From Camelus dromedarius (taxonomy: Eukaryota): a stretch of DNA of 64,000 bases. This document shows, piece by piece, positions 25,181 through 38,815 of the stretch (position 1 is the stretch's first letter; each line of letters begins with the position of its first letter). The notes beneath the pieces are model-generated. The model made no database searches and was not told where the DNA came from. It saw nothing but the letters and a program-made list of their open reading frames with translations. The position numbers and the translations under genes are program-made. The stretch covers positions 50,222,001-50,286,000 of the forward strand of contig NC_087436.1 of assembly GCF_036321535.1 (NCBI RefSeq), read 5' to 3'.

Positions 25181-26929
25181 AAAAATCAAAGTCAAGGTAA
25201 TAGTTATGAAAGCAATTAGGGGTAAACAGTACTTGTAGCTTCAGATACAAGAAGACCTATACTCAGTTGACTTCTATCTCAAAAGGCAAACACCATGGTT
25301 TCTGCCTATCAAAAGAGTCAGATATGAAGGCCACCCCAGAGCCCATGAATAAAAGTGGGTGAGCCCAGAAATGTGTTAAGTGGTATGTAGTCTTGCTTTG
25401 GGAAAGTGTGTAAACAGGGTAAAAAAGATTCTATCTATAATAATTCTTCTTGGCATATCTACCAAGACATAAAGAAGAATGTGCAGCTGTTTATCTGCTT
25501 ATATATAAAACTGGTCCAATTTTTGATACATAAAATAAATTTATAACATAATTTCAAGTTATGTAATCATTTGCAAACTTTAATTTCTCTTTCCAACATA
25601 TGGCCATGATGACTATCCCTTGAAAAACCAAGGAAAAACAATTTCTCCAAGACAGTCAAAAAGAGGAGGATTTAATCTGTGTTACAAGGTCTGGTTTGAT
25701 GTAACTGTTTTCCTTAAATATTTGAAGAAGCAGATGAAAGGCAGAAAGGTCCACTTTCATCCCTGAGCTTAAGAAATGGCCTGCTTTCTGGAGATTAACA
25801 GTGGGATGGTTTATGAAAATCCTATTGAAAGATGAAAGCATATTGGAAAAATTCCAGTATAACTACTATCTACCATTAAGGTTTAATTTTGTCTAAAGAT
25901 CTAGGTTTATTCATACTAGTTTTTCAGAGAAATTATGAACAAGTTGGTTCAGAAGATAACAAAAATGGTGGAGGGGAAATCACAAAAATTTAAAACTACC
26001 TAAAATATATATTGATTTGGTCTTGATTTTTGAAAACACAATCAAGGTTGAAAATTGTGCTAAAAAAGATGTACATACTAACTTTTAGTCAATTGCAAAG
26101 TAGTCAGTATTCTTTAATCCTTTTAATCATTAAACAATGAAATTAAAGTTTTATTTAATCTAGGTATGACTGTTCCTGGTATTACTTTTAAGGAAAGTGT
26201 GAGCAAATTTAAGGACAAAACATACACAAGATAAAAATTATTTTAGAACTAATTAGTTAGAATAAACTTGATAGTTTATACAAGTAATAACTAAGGACAG
26301 GGAGAATAGTCCCCAAATTCATAAAACATGTGAAATCAAAAATAAGATCATGCATTTATATTCACAAAAAAAGGTATTTTTTAAAGGAAGTATGTAATAA
26401 AATTGTTTTACAGATTTGACACTCAGATACACAATTTAATGAAGTCATTAAATAGATTATTTAGCTCATTAACCAGCGAGTCAATTAGGTCAAAACTTTT
26501 TATCTAGCAACTGCATGCTGTAATATTCATGGTTAAAATACCAATTAAATTACTCTAATATGTCTATTCATAAAACATGGTTGAATGGCTTTAGACTCTA
26601 ATGATGCCATTCCTGGGATTAGAATCTAGTGTATTTTACAGTCTGGCCAAGATGTATTGCCAATTATAAAGAGAAATTTTTACCAGATTTTACCAGGTTT
26701 TGTTTTTCAATTCCACTGATGCCCTCTTATCAGCACTTTGCTACCTTATTAATCTCTCATGGAAATTTTATGTTTCTCATAATAGATACTTTCAAATAAT
26801 AGTATAATTAATAACTAATAATAATTGTATAATTAATAATTAAAATAATACTTTTGAATAATGATAAAAATATAATAACAAAAATAAGGTTTCTCCAAAA
26901 CACATAGTTATTCATGCAGTGCTTTAGAC

Positions 26930-27070
26930 TTGGGTGCTGGAGTCAGTTGGATTTAAATCCATCCTATAACACTTAGACACTGATCCTAATATGTTGTTAA
27001 ACTCTCTGTAGTTATGTTTCCTTAAAAGCAAAATAAAGTAGTACCTAACTCGTAGAGTTGTACTGAAGAT
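26930..27070 (+). mobile_element. MIR SINE fragment
   Basis: ggagtcag...ggatttaaatcc...aactctctgtagt...gtttcctt...aaaataaagtagtacctaactcgtagagttgt. Confidence 0.7.
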
Positions 27071-27299
27071 TATATGCAAATAAATATATACGTATATACA
27101 TATATAGGGACAGAGACGTAAAGAGACCATACAACAGCTATAGTAACATAGAAAGCTCACGATAAACTGTTTTAAAGTCTAACTGCCTTCATAACTATGA
27201 ACTTGGCTTTGATTTTTATCTCAGTATTTTCCCTCTATTAATCCTGACTGATGGTTTCTGGTGATTATAACATTTATCTGAAGATATAATTTATTTTAT

Positions 27300-27803
27300 A
27301 ACTTAACACAGGTGTAGAGGAAAATTGAATAACCTCTTTGATTTAGTTTACTATTATAACATTACAAGTTCTCTGATTAATATTTTAAGAAATATTGAAA
27401 TTCTTTTCAGAAGAAGAAATTTCCCAGTAGATGCATCTGGCTCTGTTGTTATGTCAAAATATCTTTTTTGCTCCAACTCCCCTCTTCTCAATATAACTTT
27501 TACATTATTGGTTAATTTTATTTTCTTCTAAGTAAAAATGCACCACAGGTAAATAAAGGGTGTATACAAGTAAGAGCAAAAATGTAACCTGACTGCCATA
27601 GCTGTTAAGATTAATTGCAAAGAAATGAAAGCAAGGGTAAAAGAATATAAACAAGTCAATCATTTCTCAATTTTTTGAGGGGTCAATCATACACCTTGTA
27701 TAGATTAAATACAGACCATATTCAGGTAGAAATAAATCTTGTTAAAAGAGCTAAAAAGAATGCCATCTACATGTGCTTAGTGGCTTTGTTTGCAGAACTG
27801 GAT
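27300..27803 (-). pseudogene. Two candidate exon remnants separated by a 93-nt GT-AG intron (27602-27694)
   Basis: Acceptors ctcatttcag and pyrimidine tract+ttaacag; QTKPLS/HVDGILF ~ QEPFSRCHVHNFIIL; SYIEKRGVGAKKIF ~ SVMKKQIVVGGHRSF. Confidence 0.4.
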
Positions 27804-27899
27804 CTGAAATGAGCAAATTTCATGGGTTCATGAGTCTTCCCCAGGGTGTGCAGATAGCTATCACCTTGATGGGTGGTGGCAGGGGCTAGGGACGGTGCC

Positions 27900-28231
27900 A
27901 GGAGGATGGAACAAAGAAATTATTAGCTAAAAAATTCCCAGAAAGAATTGTTTTAAGACAGGCCATTGAGCAATCTGGGCCATCATATTTTGAGGAAAGG
28001 CACTGGCAGGCTTTATCTTGACTATTGCCTCTTCTTCCTTTGGGGGCTAGAGAGAGGCCTGAGTGGCAGGTTATCTCATTGATGCTGATCAGAAAATTCC
28101 AGACCAGCTAGTTAAGATTATATTCTTAGAAAAGGTCAAACTGCAATTAGGTCAAATATTAAATCTAGGTTTAGTATCATGGGATTTAGCACAAGTGATG
28201 CCATTTGGGGCCCATGGTTTTCTCTTTAACA
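27900..28231 (-). mobile_element. ERV LTR fragment
   Basis: Ends ...tttctctttaaca (TGTTAAAGAGAAA on minus), LTR-like body. Confidence 0.6.
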
Positions 28232-28359
28232 GTTTCAATATTAGAAATGTTCTGGTAATGAAGCCAAGGTATCAGGTAAAGTTTGAATGTTATCACTTTT
28301 CTCTGTAATACTTTGTTAGAAAATTAAACTTATTAAATAATAAATCCATGCTTATAGTC

Positions 28360-28361
28360 AA

Positions 28362-28424
<63 letters not shown>

Positions 28425-28425
28425 A
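28360..28425 (+). repeat. (AAAT)n microsatellite
   Basis: Direct reading. Confidence 0.97.
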
Positions 28426-28633
28426 TTTGGGGAGAAAAAAATGTTTACTTGGAACACAGAGTCCCCAAATCCATTTTTTAAATGTTACTTGAAAATATTT
28501 TAGGATGAAGTTTTACCTTTTTAAGAAATGAGATAATGCAATCCTTGACTTGACTTCTCTAAAATAGAGTATGTCCATTAACAGCAACAAATTACAATGT
28601 ATTCTCTCCAGTAACCTCATAAGCATTAGGAAA

Positions 28634-29002
28634 TGTTAAAAAGAAACAAGCCCAAAATGGAGTCACTTTTGTTAAGCCCCACCAAGACTTAATCCCCAAC
28701 CTATTTGCAGTTTCAGCCTCTCCCAGAAATGGAATTTTAATGTCTGGAATTTCCTATCAGCACTAGTGAGATAATCTACCTGATAACTGCCCCCTGCCTT
28801 ACCTTAAGGAAAGTGACCTTGCCTGAAATAATCCACTCTCTTAACTTCCTTGTCCCACCCTTCTGCCTATAAAGCCTTCTGTCTTGCACAATTCCTGGGA
28901 CCTGTCTTCTACTTGTTAGATAAGATGCTGCCTGATTCCTGAATCATTGAATAAAGCCAATTAGAGCTTCAAATTTACTCAACTGAATTTTGTTTTTTAA
29001 AA
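28634..29002 (+). mobile_element. Solo ERV LTR
   Basis: TGTTAAAAA start, TATAAA ~28868, AATAAA ~28950, TSD GGAAA. Confidence 0.85.
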
Positions 29003-29749
29003 GGAAAGACAATTTCTTTGCTCCACTTTTGAATTTCTCGCTCAGTAAAATGAATGATAATAGAATAAACCAGAAAGAAGGACTTGGAGAAAATAAGACC
29101 ATTCACTGCCTTCTGTGATACGGCATTTGAACTCATCAACTGTAGCATCTTCCTTTTGCTCAGGGAATTGGTTCAACCACATTCAATTACTTTTCTCTAT
29201 TCTAACTTGCAGGGTCAGGTATAGTGTTGGCAGATGTGTGGTTCTCAGCTCTTTTCTTCCTGGACAGCACAAATGATATTATAAAGTACACATCTCTGCT
29301 CCCATGCCATTAGAAACAATCCATCCCCCTCCTCTCAATAATACACTTCAAGTTCAAGTCTGTTTATAGGTTCTTTTGTTTTCCACCTGTCTTAGATGTG
29401 GCACACATTAATGTATTGGTGAGATTCTTTTCTGCTGGCCTGTGCTTTCTGATCTTTACATGAATTTAAGCTGTAATAATCATGCATGACTTAAATGCTA
29501 GTTGAAGTTCAGAATACCTCCTCATAAAAAAGAATAGAACACGTTTTGCAAATGCCTAGGCTCTGACAAAAAAAAAAAAAAAAAAAAAAAGTCAAAAAAC
29601 TGATCTATTTCCAGTTCTAAAGATTAAATAAGCTTTAAAACAAGCAATTTCCCCGAGTCTATAGGTATAACATAGCTTGCTACATAAACTAAGAAGATTT
29701 CAGATAGCATTTTTTTCCAAACCCTTCTTAGTCTTTGCTCCCTTTCTAG

Positions 29750-30087
29750 TGTTGACCTGAAACAAACAGACTGCCAGATATTTCTCCAGCAAAAATGAGT
29801 TTATTCAGGATCAGCAAAAATTGCAATTCAAGGTCTGTAACCATGGCAAGCCACCTGCAAGTCTCTCCCCAAGGTCAAGGGAGAGCAAACATTTTATAGA
29901 GAGAAAATGGAAGTTGGGAGGGCTATGGTAAACAGAGTCCATGGCTTCTCATTGGTGGAGTCCTTGCCAGAAAAGAAGAGGAGTCTTTCTTCTTCTTGTT
30001 GGGTTCTGCTATCATGGCAGGGCATGACAGCTCCCCTTCTGGTCTCCTGACTATTTAATTGAGGTTTCTGTTTACTAACTTTTTATA
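29750..30087 (-). mobile_element. Solo ERV LTR
   Basis: TSD CTAG; tttatt and ttttata (polyA signal and TATA on minus). Confidence 0.85.
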
Positions 30088-30268
30088 CTAGTAAGGGAAA
30101 ACCACACTAGTAAGAGAAAACTTCCAATAAAGAAAAACTACCAATCTGCTACTAAGACATTGCTTCATTAGTAAGACTGGGAAGATGGAGGTGAGGTGAA
30201 TTTTTAAAAATGTCCTGTGCCTTTACTGGTGCAGGAAGAAAAACAATTTCCTGAGTAGAGGCTATAGA

Positions 30269-30785
30269 CGTTGAAGAGGAACAGAATTTGCCACCTGAAA
30301 ATATGTTTTTTTGCATAAGGATTATTTTGAGCTGGTTATTTTTTTTATAAAAAAAAGAGCAGACCATGGAAGTCTCTGAAAACTGAGTAGAAGTTACCCG
30401 TTGGTAAAGGAACAGTTACATTTAAAAGGGAAATCTTAATTTGTAAGGGTGTCTTCCTCTCTGTACCAAAAAGAGGAGGATGACTAAATCTCTAGAAATT
30501 CATATCAATAGAGATAGCAACTGACTTAAATCTATAAAACAACCTTCCCCTTCTTTACTATGCTTTGCCTGATAACCTCCCTTACCAACATCAGTTTTTC
30601 TCTAAATTTACATAATGATATTGAAGGTGCTGGCTTTGGGCCATTTAGGGGAGTTACTCAGTTTTCTTAGGTCTCTCTCATGTACACAGGAGGTATACAT
30701 GTTACTAAACTTATGTTTATTTTTCTCGTACTAGTCTATCTTTTTATTACTGGGAATAAGGGAATATTAGTGTTCCTTCCACACA
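30269..30785 (+). mobile_element. Solo ERV LTR
   Basis: gaggaacagaatttgccacc...aaaatatg start and ...ccttccacaca end typical of ERV1 LTRs. Confidence 0.7.
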
Positions 30786-30897
30786 ATAAGATATGGAAAA
30801 TGCTAGCATGTCCAGTGCAATCCTAGTTTAACAATGTGCTTTTTGATAAAAAATAATTTGTAAAAATTAATGCTGTCAGGTACCTGATTGGCCATAG

Positions 30898-31432
30898 TGT
30901 TACACCAAAAGGTAAAGACCCCAATTCTTGTCAAACCCAAAAGGTAAGTTTACAGTCAGGAGATGGTGCATTGTGTAGCTAAAGAGTTTAAAGATTTATT
31001 TAAAAAAAGAAAAGTACATCCCCCAAAAAAGGAAGTGGGCAATCCAAGGGAGGAAAAGCGTTGGTCCCCTTTCTCTTATGCCCTTGCTTAGAGGTGGTCT
31101 CTTGGTTCACTGATGGCTCTTGTTCCTGGAAAGCTTAGTCATGTTTGGCCCCTTTGTGCATGTCCTTACCCATGCTGTATACAGAAAAATCCATGGAGGG
31201 GGGGCGCTAAACCGCTATGTTAATTATAATACAATGAACATTGGGGTGTGTCAGGTTAAGTCCTTTCTGCCACCATGCAGTCATAGCTCTTGGGTTTTAA
31301 CCAGTTTCTTGCTGGCACTCATTTAGAAGTCAAGTCCCTTATGCTGGAGGTGGGCATAATGCCATCTTGCAAACCATCCTCCCTCTCCTCTACCTATCTG
31401 TCCGGTGTCCCCACTTACCTAACTACCTAACT
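30898..31432 (-). mobile_element. Solo ERV LTR
   Basis: TGTTAC terminus, tttatt at ~30995, TSD ATAG. Confidence 0.75.
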
Positions 31433-32135
31433 ATAGTATGTGCTAAAGTCAAGTATACATTTGCTTGCAATAGAAAATCACTGAGTAAGCCACAAGTCTC
31501 AATATTTTAGGAGTTTCTTCCTAGCCCTATTTGTAATTCAAATTACTCCAGAGTAGAACAATATTGTAAGTACAGTGAAAGAGTGTGCTAAAGTTGTAAA
31601 GTCCTTTGTGCTGAGTTCAAAATTTCACTAGGAGAATACAAAGAAATTTACTCAAAGTTGTTAATACAGAACAATGTGCTAATCAAATTTTGTGTTAATC
31701 TAATCTCGCGCTAATCTAATCTTTGCCTTAACAGTGGCTCTTGGAGGAGCAAAGAAGTCCTGTGGTGATAGCTAATTAAATCCCCGTGGCCTTTGATGGT
31801 TAGTTGAATCTCATTTCTATTGCATATACATCATATGGATTTGAAAGAAAGAGTAAAGATTTACCAGGAGTCCTGTCTTCCAAAGGATTGCCCTGAAGAA
31901 AGACGAAACCTTCATTTTATCAGTGTAAGCAATTAAATGATCGAAGTAAAACACAACTGACCTGGCAGCTTGGTCTGTTTCTCTTTAATTCCTTCCCCAA
32001 TGCATGTTGAAGTATAATTGCTTAATGATTTCAAATAGAATGAGTGGCCAAAGTCTTTACCTTTAATCTTGCACATGAATTTCTCTGCAGTTATAATTAT
32101 GGGTTATCAAATGGCAAACAACCCTATTTGTGGGT

Positions 32136-32646
32136 TGTCAGGGAGGAAGAAATTTTCCTCTACCCTTCTAGGTTCTTCTGGCTGGACTAATTAAATTGAC
32201 TTGAGACAGATTAACAGGAGAAAATTAGACAAAAGTTTAATAACATGTATTTATGGGAGAGACTCAGGAAACTAAGTAATTCTCCAAATTGAATGAAATC
32301 CTCACTTTAAATGTCACCTTCAGACAAAAGAGGATGTTAGGGTAGTGGTTTGGGACTTCAAAGGGGAGGAAAGCAATTCACATGGAGATGAAAAAGCAAG
32401 TATTTGCTGGGTCCTGCAGAGACAGACACAGCTGCCTTTACCCACATCTAGCCTGTATTCTTTGCAGATTTCTCTGATGATGGCTCTATTCTGGGAACAA
32501 TCCCTTTATTTAAATTCTTTTAGGCATTTAAGGGAGTTTTTACAAGAAAATCTTCCTGAGAATTCTGCTTCTTAAAAATAATCAGTCTAAATTAACCCTC
32601 ACGTAAAAAAGACACATTTTGGGGTGGCAAAGTTTGCTTCCCTACA
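32136..32646 (-). mobile_element. Solo ERV LTR
   Basis: TGTCAGGGAGG...CCCTACA termini; related in reverse to 34228-34770. Confidence 0.8.
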
Positions 32647-32686
32647 GTTTATTCTTTGGTCAGTCATATTACTACATGGGTTGAAA

Positions 32687-33133
32687 TGTTACGGAAACAA
32701 CAGGCCAGTCAAGAAACAAGCACCACTCGGAGGGTTGGAGTACTCAGGGTTGGAGTACGCCAGCGGGCTCAGAGGGGCTTCTGCTCCGAAGCTCTGAGCA
32801 CCTTCAAGATGTGCACATGAGGTTTTATAGGGTAAAGTACAAGCTTGGGGTATTCGGCCAATAGGCATGGAACAGCTTTAGCAGCATTATCATCACAAAA
32901 GTGGAGGCAGCAAACCAACATTCCAAAGCCAGATATGTATCTTTGAAAATCCAGCTGGCTAGCAAAAAAACATAAACAGCAAACCAACACTAATTAACTT
33001 AGATTTACAAGTTAGTCCAGCAGAACTCAGATCAGTATTCCAATACTTAGACTTGTTAGCCCAGCCCAGCCTCTCCTTCACATTCCTAGACCTGTGAGTT
33101 ATCTTGTTAGACCAGCCCAGCTTTTCCTTCACA
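32687..33133 (-). mobile_element. Solo ERV LTR with internal direct repeat
   Basis: TGTTACGG...CTTCACA; cttgttag.ccagcccagc.t.tccttcaca occurs twice. Confidence 0.8.
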
Positions 33134-34039
33134 GTATTAGGAATCTGGACTTTATTATTGCTCCTGCTTTCAGCAAACTTACAAATCTAATGGGGCAAAC
33201 ACTTTTGGTAGTCTAATAATTTCCCTTCAGAAGTTTAATATTTGCTCTGATCAAATTCAGCTAAAGTATATTTGAAACAAATGTTGAACACTCACTATGT
33301 GTTCTACACTAAGAAAATAACTGATATTTTAAATTTTTTATTAATTTGTAATTTCCCAATCCCTAAGAAGGATTTAAGAAAGTAAGTCAATTGATTTAGT
33401 CCATCACTAATTTAATCAAAGGGATATTGATAATGTGTATTCCCCACAAATATACCTTAAGTAATTAGCAAATCACACTGTTAATCTGGTAGTTTTAGTG
33501 GCACAAATATTTCTGCAGCACCATGTTTTAGAAGGGCTTTTCTTTTGTCATTTATTGACAAAAATGTCACTCATATTTTTTACAAACCTGCATAATTAAG
33601 TGATATCTATGCTGACATTGTTTCATTGAAGTATTATAAATTAGTTATACCTAATTGTTGAGAATAGCTACAAGATAAGTATTATTTTGCCTTGAAGGTA
33701 TTTGTATTCATCTGTATACACACATTTTTTAACCTGAAATTTCAAAGAAGTTTTTGCTTAAAGAGGTTAGTAATTAAAGCCAAAACAAACAAAAATTATG
33801 CACTGAGAAGTCAAACAAAAACAATTCTAGAGAACTGTATAAAACTGCACAGATAGAGAACTGTTTTAGCGTTGAAATTCCTATACAGAACAATATTCTA
33901 AAGATGTAGAGTGGTTTATTGTTTTCAATTACTTCCTAGTCTTTGTCTCATTTCATCACATTAAATCACAGATCCCTCAAGATTGTTTTCTACTTTTATT
34001 TTAGTTCCTAGTCTGGAGCACAGGAACTCTGCTTCCGGC

Positions 34040-34210
34040 AATAGTACTCAAACTGCTGATCATCAAAAACCCCTGGCAATTTAAAAAACGCAAATGCGAC
34101 TCAGGAGCCCAGAGACATCCTCAGAGATCTTTGAATAAATCAGCCTGCAGGGGATCATAGGAAGATGTCACACAAGATCCACAAACGAATCTGATGGTCA
34201 GCCATAGAAC
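34040..34210. mobile_element. MER5-like hAT DNA transposon remnant
   Basis: aatagtactcaaact...catcaaaaacccctgg...ccagagacat...tctgatggtcagcca. Confidence 0.55.
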
Positions 34211-34227
34211 AATAAAGCCAGAAACTA

Positions 34228-34770
34228 TGCTGCTGCTGGGGCCCAGGGCAGACCATCCCAAAATATGCCTTAACGGCATATTGATTATTTTGGATTAAAG
34301 TTACTTAAGAAACAGCTAATGCAAGAGGGAAACTCTAACCTTCCTCTGTGTCTTCCTGAAAGCAGGAAATGAATCTCTCAGGTGAAAAGCGTACTCCCTG
34401 CACCTGGAGGTACAGGACAATCGTATTGCCAGAGGTAGGGAATCTGGGAATGAGAAGCCTATATAAACAAATCTTGTTACTTCTTTAATTTACTACCCCA
34501 AGCCCAAACCCCGCTTAAATTCTTCACTAACTGAGCGCCTAAAACCTGTTTCTTTGTCCTATCAATTCCTCACAAATTGTTTCTTTGCCTAAAAAGCCTA
34601 AAACCTGCCTGCTTTGGTCACTTCTTAGGTCTTATTTCTATGAGACCTCTTTGTGCATAAATTTAATTTGTTTCTTTTCCTCCTTCTAATCTGTCTTGTG
34701 TTAATTTTATTATTAGTCCAGCCACAAGAACTCAAGAGGGGTAGAGGGGGAAACTCCCCCTCCTCAGCCC
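34228..34770 (+). mobile_element. Solo ERV LTR
   Basis: ccatcccaaaatatgcc...gattattttggattaaag start; ...gaactcaagagggg...ccccctcc end. Confidence 0.8.
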
Positions 34771-35397
34771 TACCTTGTCATTTTTACATTAAGTATAATA
34801 CATTAATGTTTGCTATGTGTAAAGTGACATAATTTGACGTGGTCTAAAACCTAAGCATTTTCACTAACAATGACCTTAATTTCTGGGTCATTAATAATAA
34901 TCGTCTCTTCGATTCTACTTTAAGTAGATATAACTTAAGAAATGTGGTAACAGCTATCTTTGGTATCTTGGATATGTTAACATATTTTCACTTAAAAGAA
35001 AATTTTCCCATAATATTTTCTACTTTTGTTCTGATTTCTTTCTATATTGAAACTATTTTATTTTTTAGTACATAGAAGTGAAAATGCCCTGCTCCTTTAA
35101 TCTCAAATTTCTGTATTAGGATTCTGGCATATTTATCTAAAGCTACCTCTGCTCTTCAAAACAATATATAGCAACTGTATAAGGTTAAAAATGAAGTTAT
35201 TAACAAGTAATTTTATTTTTAATAGAGGCTAGGCTGCTATAACAGACAAATGAAACAGAAAATTCTTCAAAGTAAAAGTTCATTTTTCTTTTACATGAGA
35301 GTTTGGGCATAAGAAGTCCAGGCTGGTTTGCTAACTGCCTGAGATCAGACACCTAGGCTCTTCCTATCTTGTTCTCATTAACCCTTGGTATTGCTCC

Positions 35398-36695
35398 TGT
35401 CAATGAAAAGAGTAATCAATAGTCAATCTAAGAAAGAAATTGAAAATTTCATTTGAGCTAACCTGAGGATTATTATCTGGAAGACAGTCTTTTAGAAAGC
35501 TCTGAGGATTGTTCTGAAGACTAAGGGGGAGGTCAGTATGCATGTGATTTTGGCTAAGGGGTAAGAGTAACTGCAATCAAGCACACACCATGGTAGAGGT
35601 TTTCTGCTATTCTAAAGGGACAGACACCTTAGTTAATGATTTTAGTGCTTTTCTAAGTATAGGAAGATGCAAGATACTGGGTTTCCTAAGATTTTCTCCT
35701 GAAAATATACAATGAGCCAGTTCTGCCTGTTTTCCCAGAGCACAAAGTGCCTCATCCTGATCTTTGCCCTGAATTCCTTTCAGTGTGTATTGCAGGTTAG
35801 TGACTGCAGTAGCTAATGACTTGATTCTTGTAGAATCAGATGGTGGGCAACATTCTTTATTTTTTAATCCCCTCCCTGTTGGCCTTCATTTCAACCAAAG
35901 TTTGGGAGGGATTTTGTGACAAATTTGTCCCACAGTGGTAGGAACGCTCATTCCCAGGTCAGGCAAGGACTTCACTGATAGGCCACTCGGTGTGCTATTA
36001 CTGGACTAGGCCCTGTTAATAGTAGCGAAGAGCCTCTGGACCACCTGTCTTACTAGTCTGTTATGGTCCAGAAACTGGTTTCCTCTTGATGCTTCTTCCC
36101 ATAGCTAGAGTTACAGTATTACAATCATAGATCATGTAGAACTATATATGAGGTCAATCGTTTCAAGTTGCCCACTGCTCATTATTTTTATAGGATGTTC
36201 AGTCACGTGTTTGGTAAGTGCAAGAAACAATAATCTTGTAAAATGGGTAGAATGTACACAATATAGCTAATAACATTAATAAAGTCATAAGTAAGTATTT
36301 ACGCCAAGAACTGTCATTAGGTGCAGCCCAGTATCTCTCCAATTCATCTGATCCATTTTGTTCTGTACCAATCACTATCTTTAAGGGAAATGATATGTTA
36401 GCAGTGCACATAAAGTTCACCCAAGATATCTGCACGTACAAGGTGGGTCATTGTGATCCCTTACAGGATTGAGAAAAGAATGTTTGCTTCCAAGGAGTTA
36501 CATGGCTGGCTGGCGTCAAAAGAAGAAAAACTGATCTTTATAGTTGTGTAGTATTTCTGCCATGGGGAGGTCTGGTTAACATATAACACAGATGGATGCA
36601 CACTAGAGAGGAAGGAGGAGGCCCAAAAGGACAGAGAAAAATTTTATGTTTAAATTTTTCTTGTCTTGCCTTAAAATATGAATTTTATTTCATCA
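35398..36695 (-). mobile_element. 1.3 kb deleted ERV element (LTR, PPT, env TM-like remnant) inserted in an MLT1 LTR
   Basis: TG...CA termini with exact TSD CTCC; PPT gggagggga on minus at ~35867-35876; ORF 36199-36441 contains a hydrophobic TM-like stretch. Confidence 0.75.
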
Positions 36696-38159
36696 CTCCC
36701 ATCTACACACTCACAGGAGGCTTCACCAAACCACATTTCAGCCAGTGAAAAAGGAGCAGGGACCAGGAAGAGTGCCTACCTGCTCTTTAAAAATAGCCAG
36801 GAATTCATACACATCACTGTTGCTCACATCTCACTGGCCTGGATGCAGTAGTATCAGCACACCTAGCAGCAAGGGAGACTGAGATATCTAGCCTTCAGTT
36901 GGGCAGTCATGTACTCAGCTAGAACTTATGTTATTGAGGGAAAAGAGAAGAATGGATATTGGTGGGTAAGTAGTGGCCTTCACCATCCATCAAAATAGGA
37001 TACCTTAACTATGTGGGAGAAAAATTACCCCTTTGCTTCATAGCTCATATCAAAAAAGAGATATATTTGCTTTCAATAGGATGTTAATGCAGTGACTGAA
37101 TGTATTTGTTTTTATTGAAATGATAAACTACTATCCTATTCTATGTACCAGCATTTTGCCAGGTGCTAAAAGGCTTACAATATACAAGATATGGTTACAG
37201 CTCTTTAGGTGTTTATAATAATGGCTAATGTGAGTCAGAAGGCAAAAAACAACTATGCATATTTATATAATTAAGTCAGGAGGCTAAATAAAGTGTCACC
37301 AAAAATGTGCAGTAATGTTGAGGTGGGGTGATTACAGAGAAATCAAAATTTGCATTTAGTTATAAAATTTCAATAAAGGGTAAAATAACACTTGAAGAAT
37401 GGTTGTAGAGCTTAAGGTACAGTTAAAAGTGCTCTCAAAAGCACATACTTTAAAGATGGAAAAGCTTTAAGATCATTTGAGGTACAGCAAGTGACTCAAT
37501 TTGATGGTCTCAGGGGAGTAGTGGTAAAAGATGAGGTGAAACTGCCACTATAAAGGCATATAGCAGATAGCCTTAAACATGAGAACTTTAGAATAATTGG
37601 TTCCAAAGGCAACTAGAGGTTAGTGAAAGTTCCTTAACATGAGGGAGAGACTGTAAGCCACTCAACAGAGGAATGCTATCTTATTCATTTCTGCATTCCC
37701 AGCTTCTAGAGCAATGACTCAAATGAAGTGCCTATGAGATAAAACATCTGTGAATTGCTGAGTGGGTGTCAGAACATGTACCCCAGGAAAATGAATCTAT
37801 GAGTGGTGTGTTGAATGAAGTGGAAGGAGAGTATCATACTACTTGCATCATCATGATCATTGTTAACATAACATGCTGTTAGTTAACATTTAGTAAGAAC
37901 TATACTCTGTGCCCAGTTGGTGTCAAGCACTTTACAAGCCTATCTCAACTATTATTCACATCATTCTTTAAGGTAAAATACACTTTTAATCTCATTTTAT
38001 AGAAAAGGAAACTAAAATCCAGAGGGTTAGCAATTTATCTAAAGTATCTAAACCCAGGTCACTGGCCCCCTGTGCCCACACACTTCATCACTACAACTGT
38101 GCTCCACCTTTCTGGGAAGACTTAGCTGTCTTCTCAAATGAAAAGAGGTCAAGTTCAAG

Positions 38160-38815
38160 CACTCAGATGTTTATAGCAGCTTTATTCATAACTGCCAAAA
38201 CTTGTAAGCAACGAAGATGTCTTTCAGTAGGTGAAAGTAAATAAACTATGGTCCATCCAGACAATGGAATATTACTCAGCACTAAAAAGAAATGAGCTAT
38301 CAAGTCATGAAAAGCCATAGAAACGCACCTTAAATGCATACTACTAAGTGAAAGAAGCCAACCTGAAAAGGCTACATACTGTCTGATTCCAACTATATGA
38401 TACAATTACAGAAAAGGCAAAACTATGGAGACAGTAACAAGAGCAGTGGTTGTCAGAGGGTGGAGTGCCGGAAAGGGATGAGTAGGTAGAGCACAAGGAT
38501 TTCTAGGGCAGTGAAATTACTCTGTGTGATACCATAATAATGGATACATGTCATTATACATATGTCCAAACCCACAGAATGCACACCACCAAGAGTGAAC
38601 CCTTGTGTAAACTATAGACTTTGGGTATTAGGATGTGTCATTTTAGGTTCATTAAATGTAACAAATGTACCACTCCTGTGAGGAATACTGATAATGGGGA
38701 AGGCTATACCCCATAGGGGACAGGGAGGGGATATATCAGAAATCTCTATACTTTCCCCTCATTTTTGCTGTGAACCTAAAACTGCTCTAAACAAATAAAG
38801 TCTGAATTCAAAAAT
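38160..38815 (+). mobile_element. L1M 3' fragment
   Basis: gatgtttatagcagctttattcataactgccaaaac...ctaagtgaaagaagcca...gtgaacctaaaactgctcta. Confidence 0.92.
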
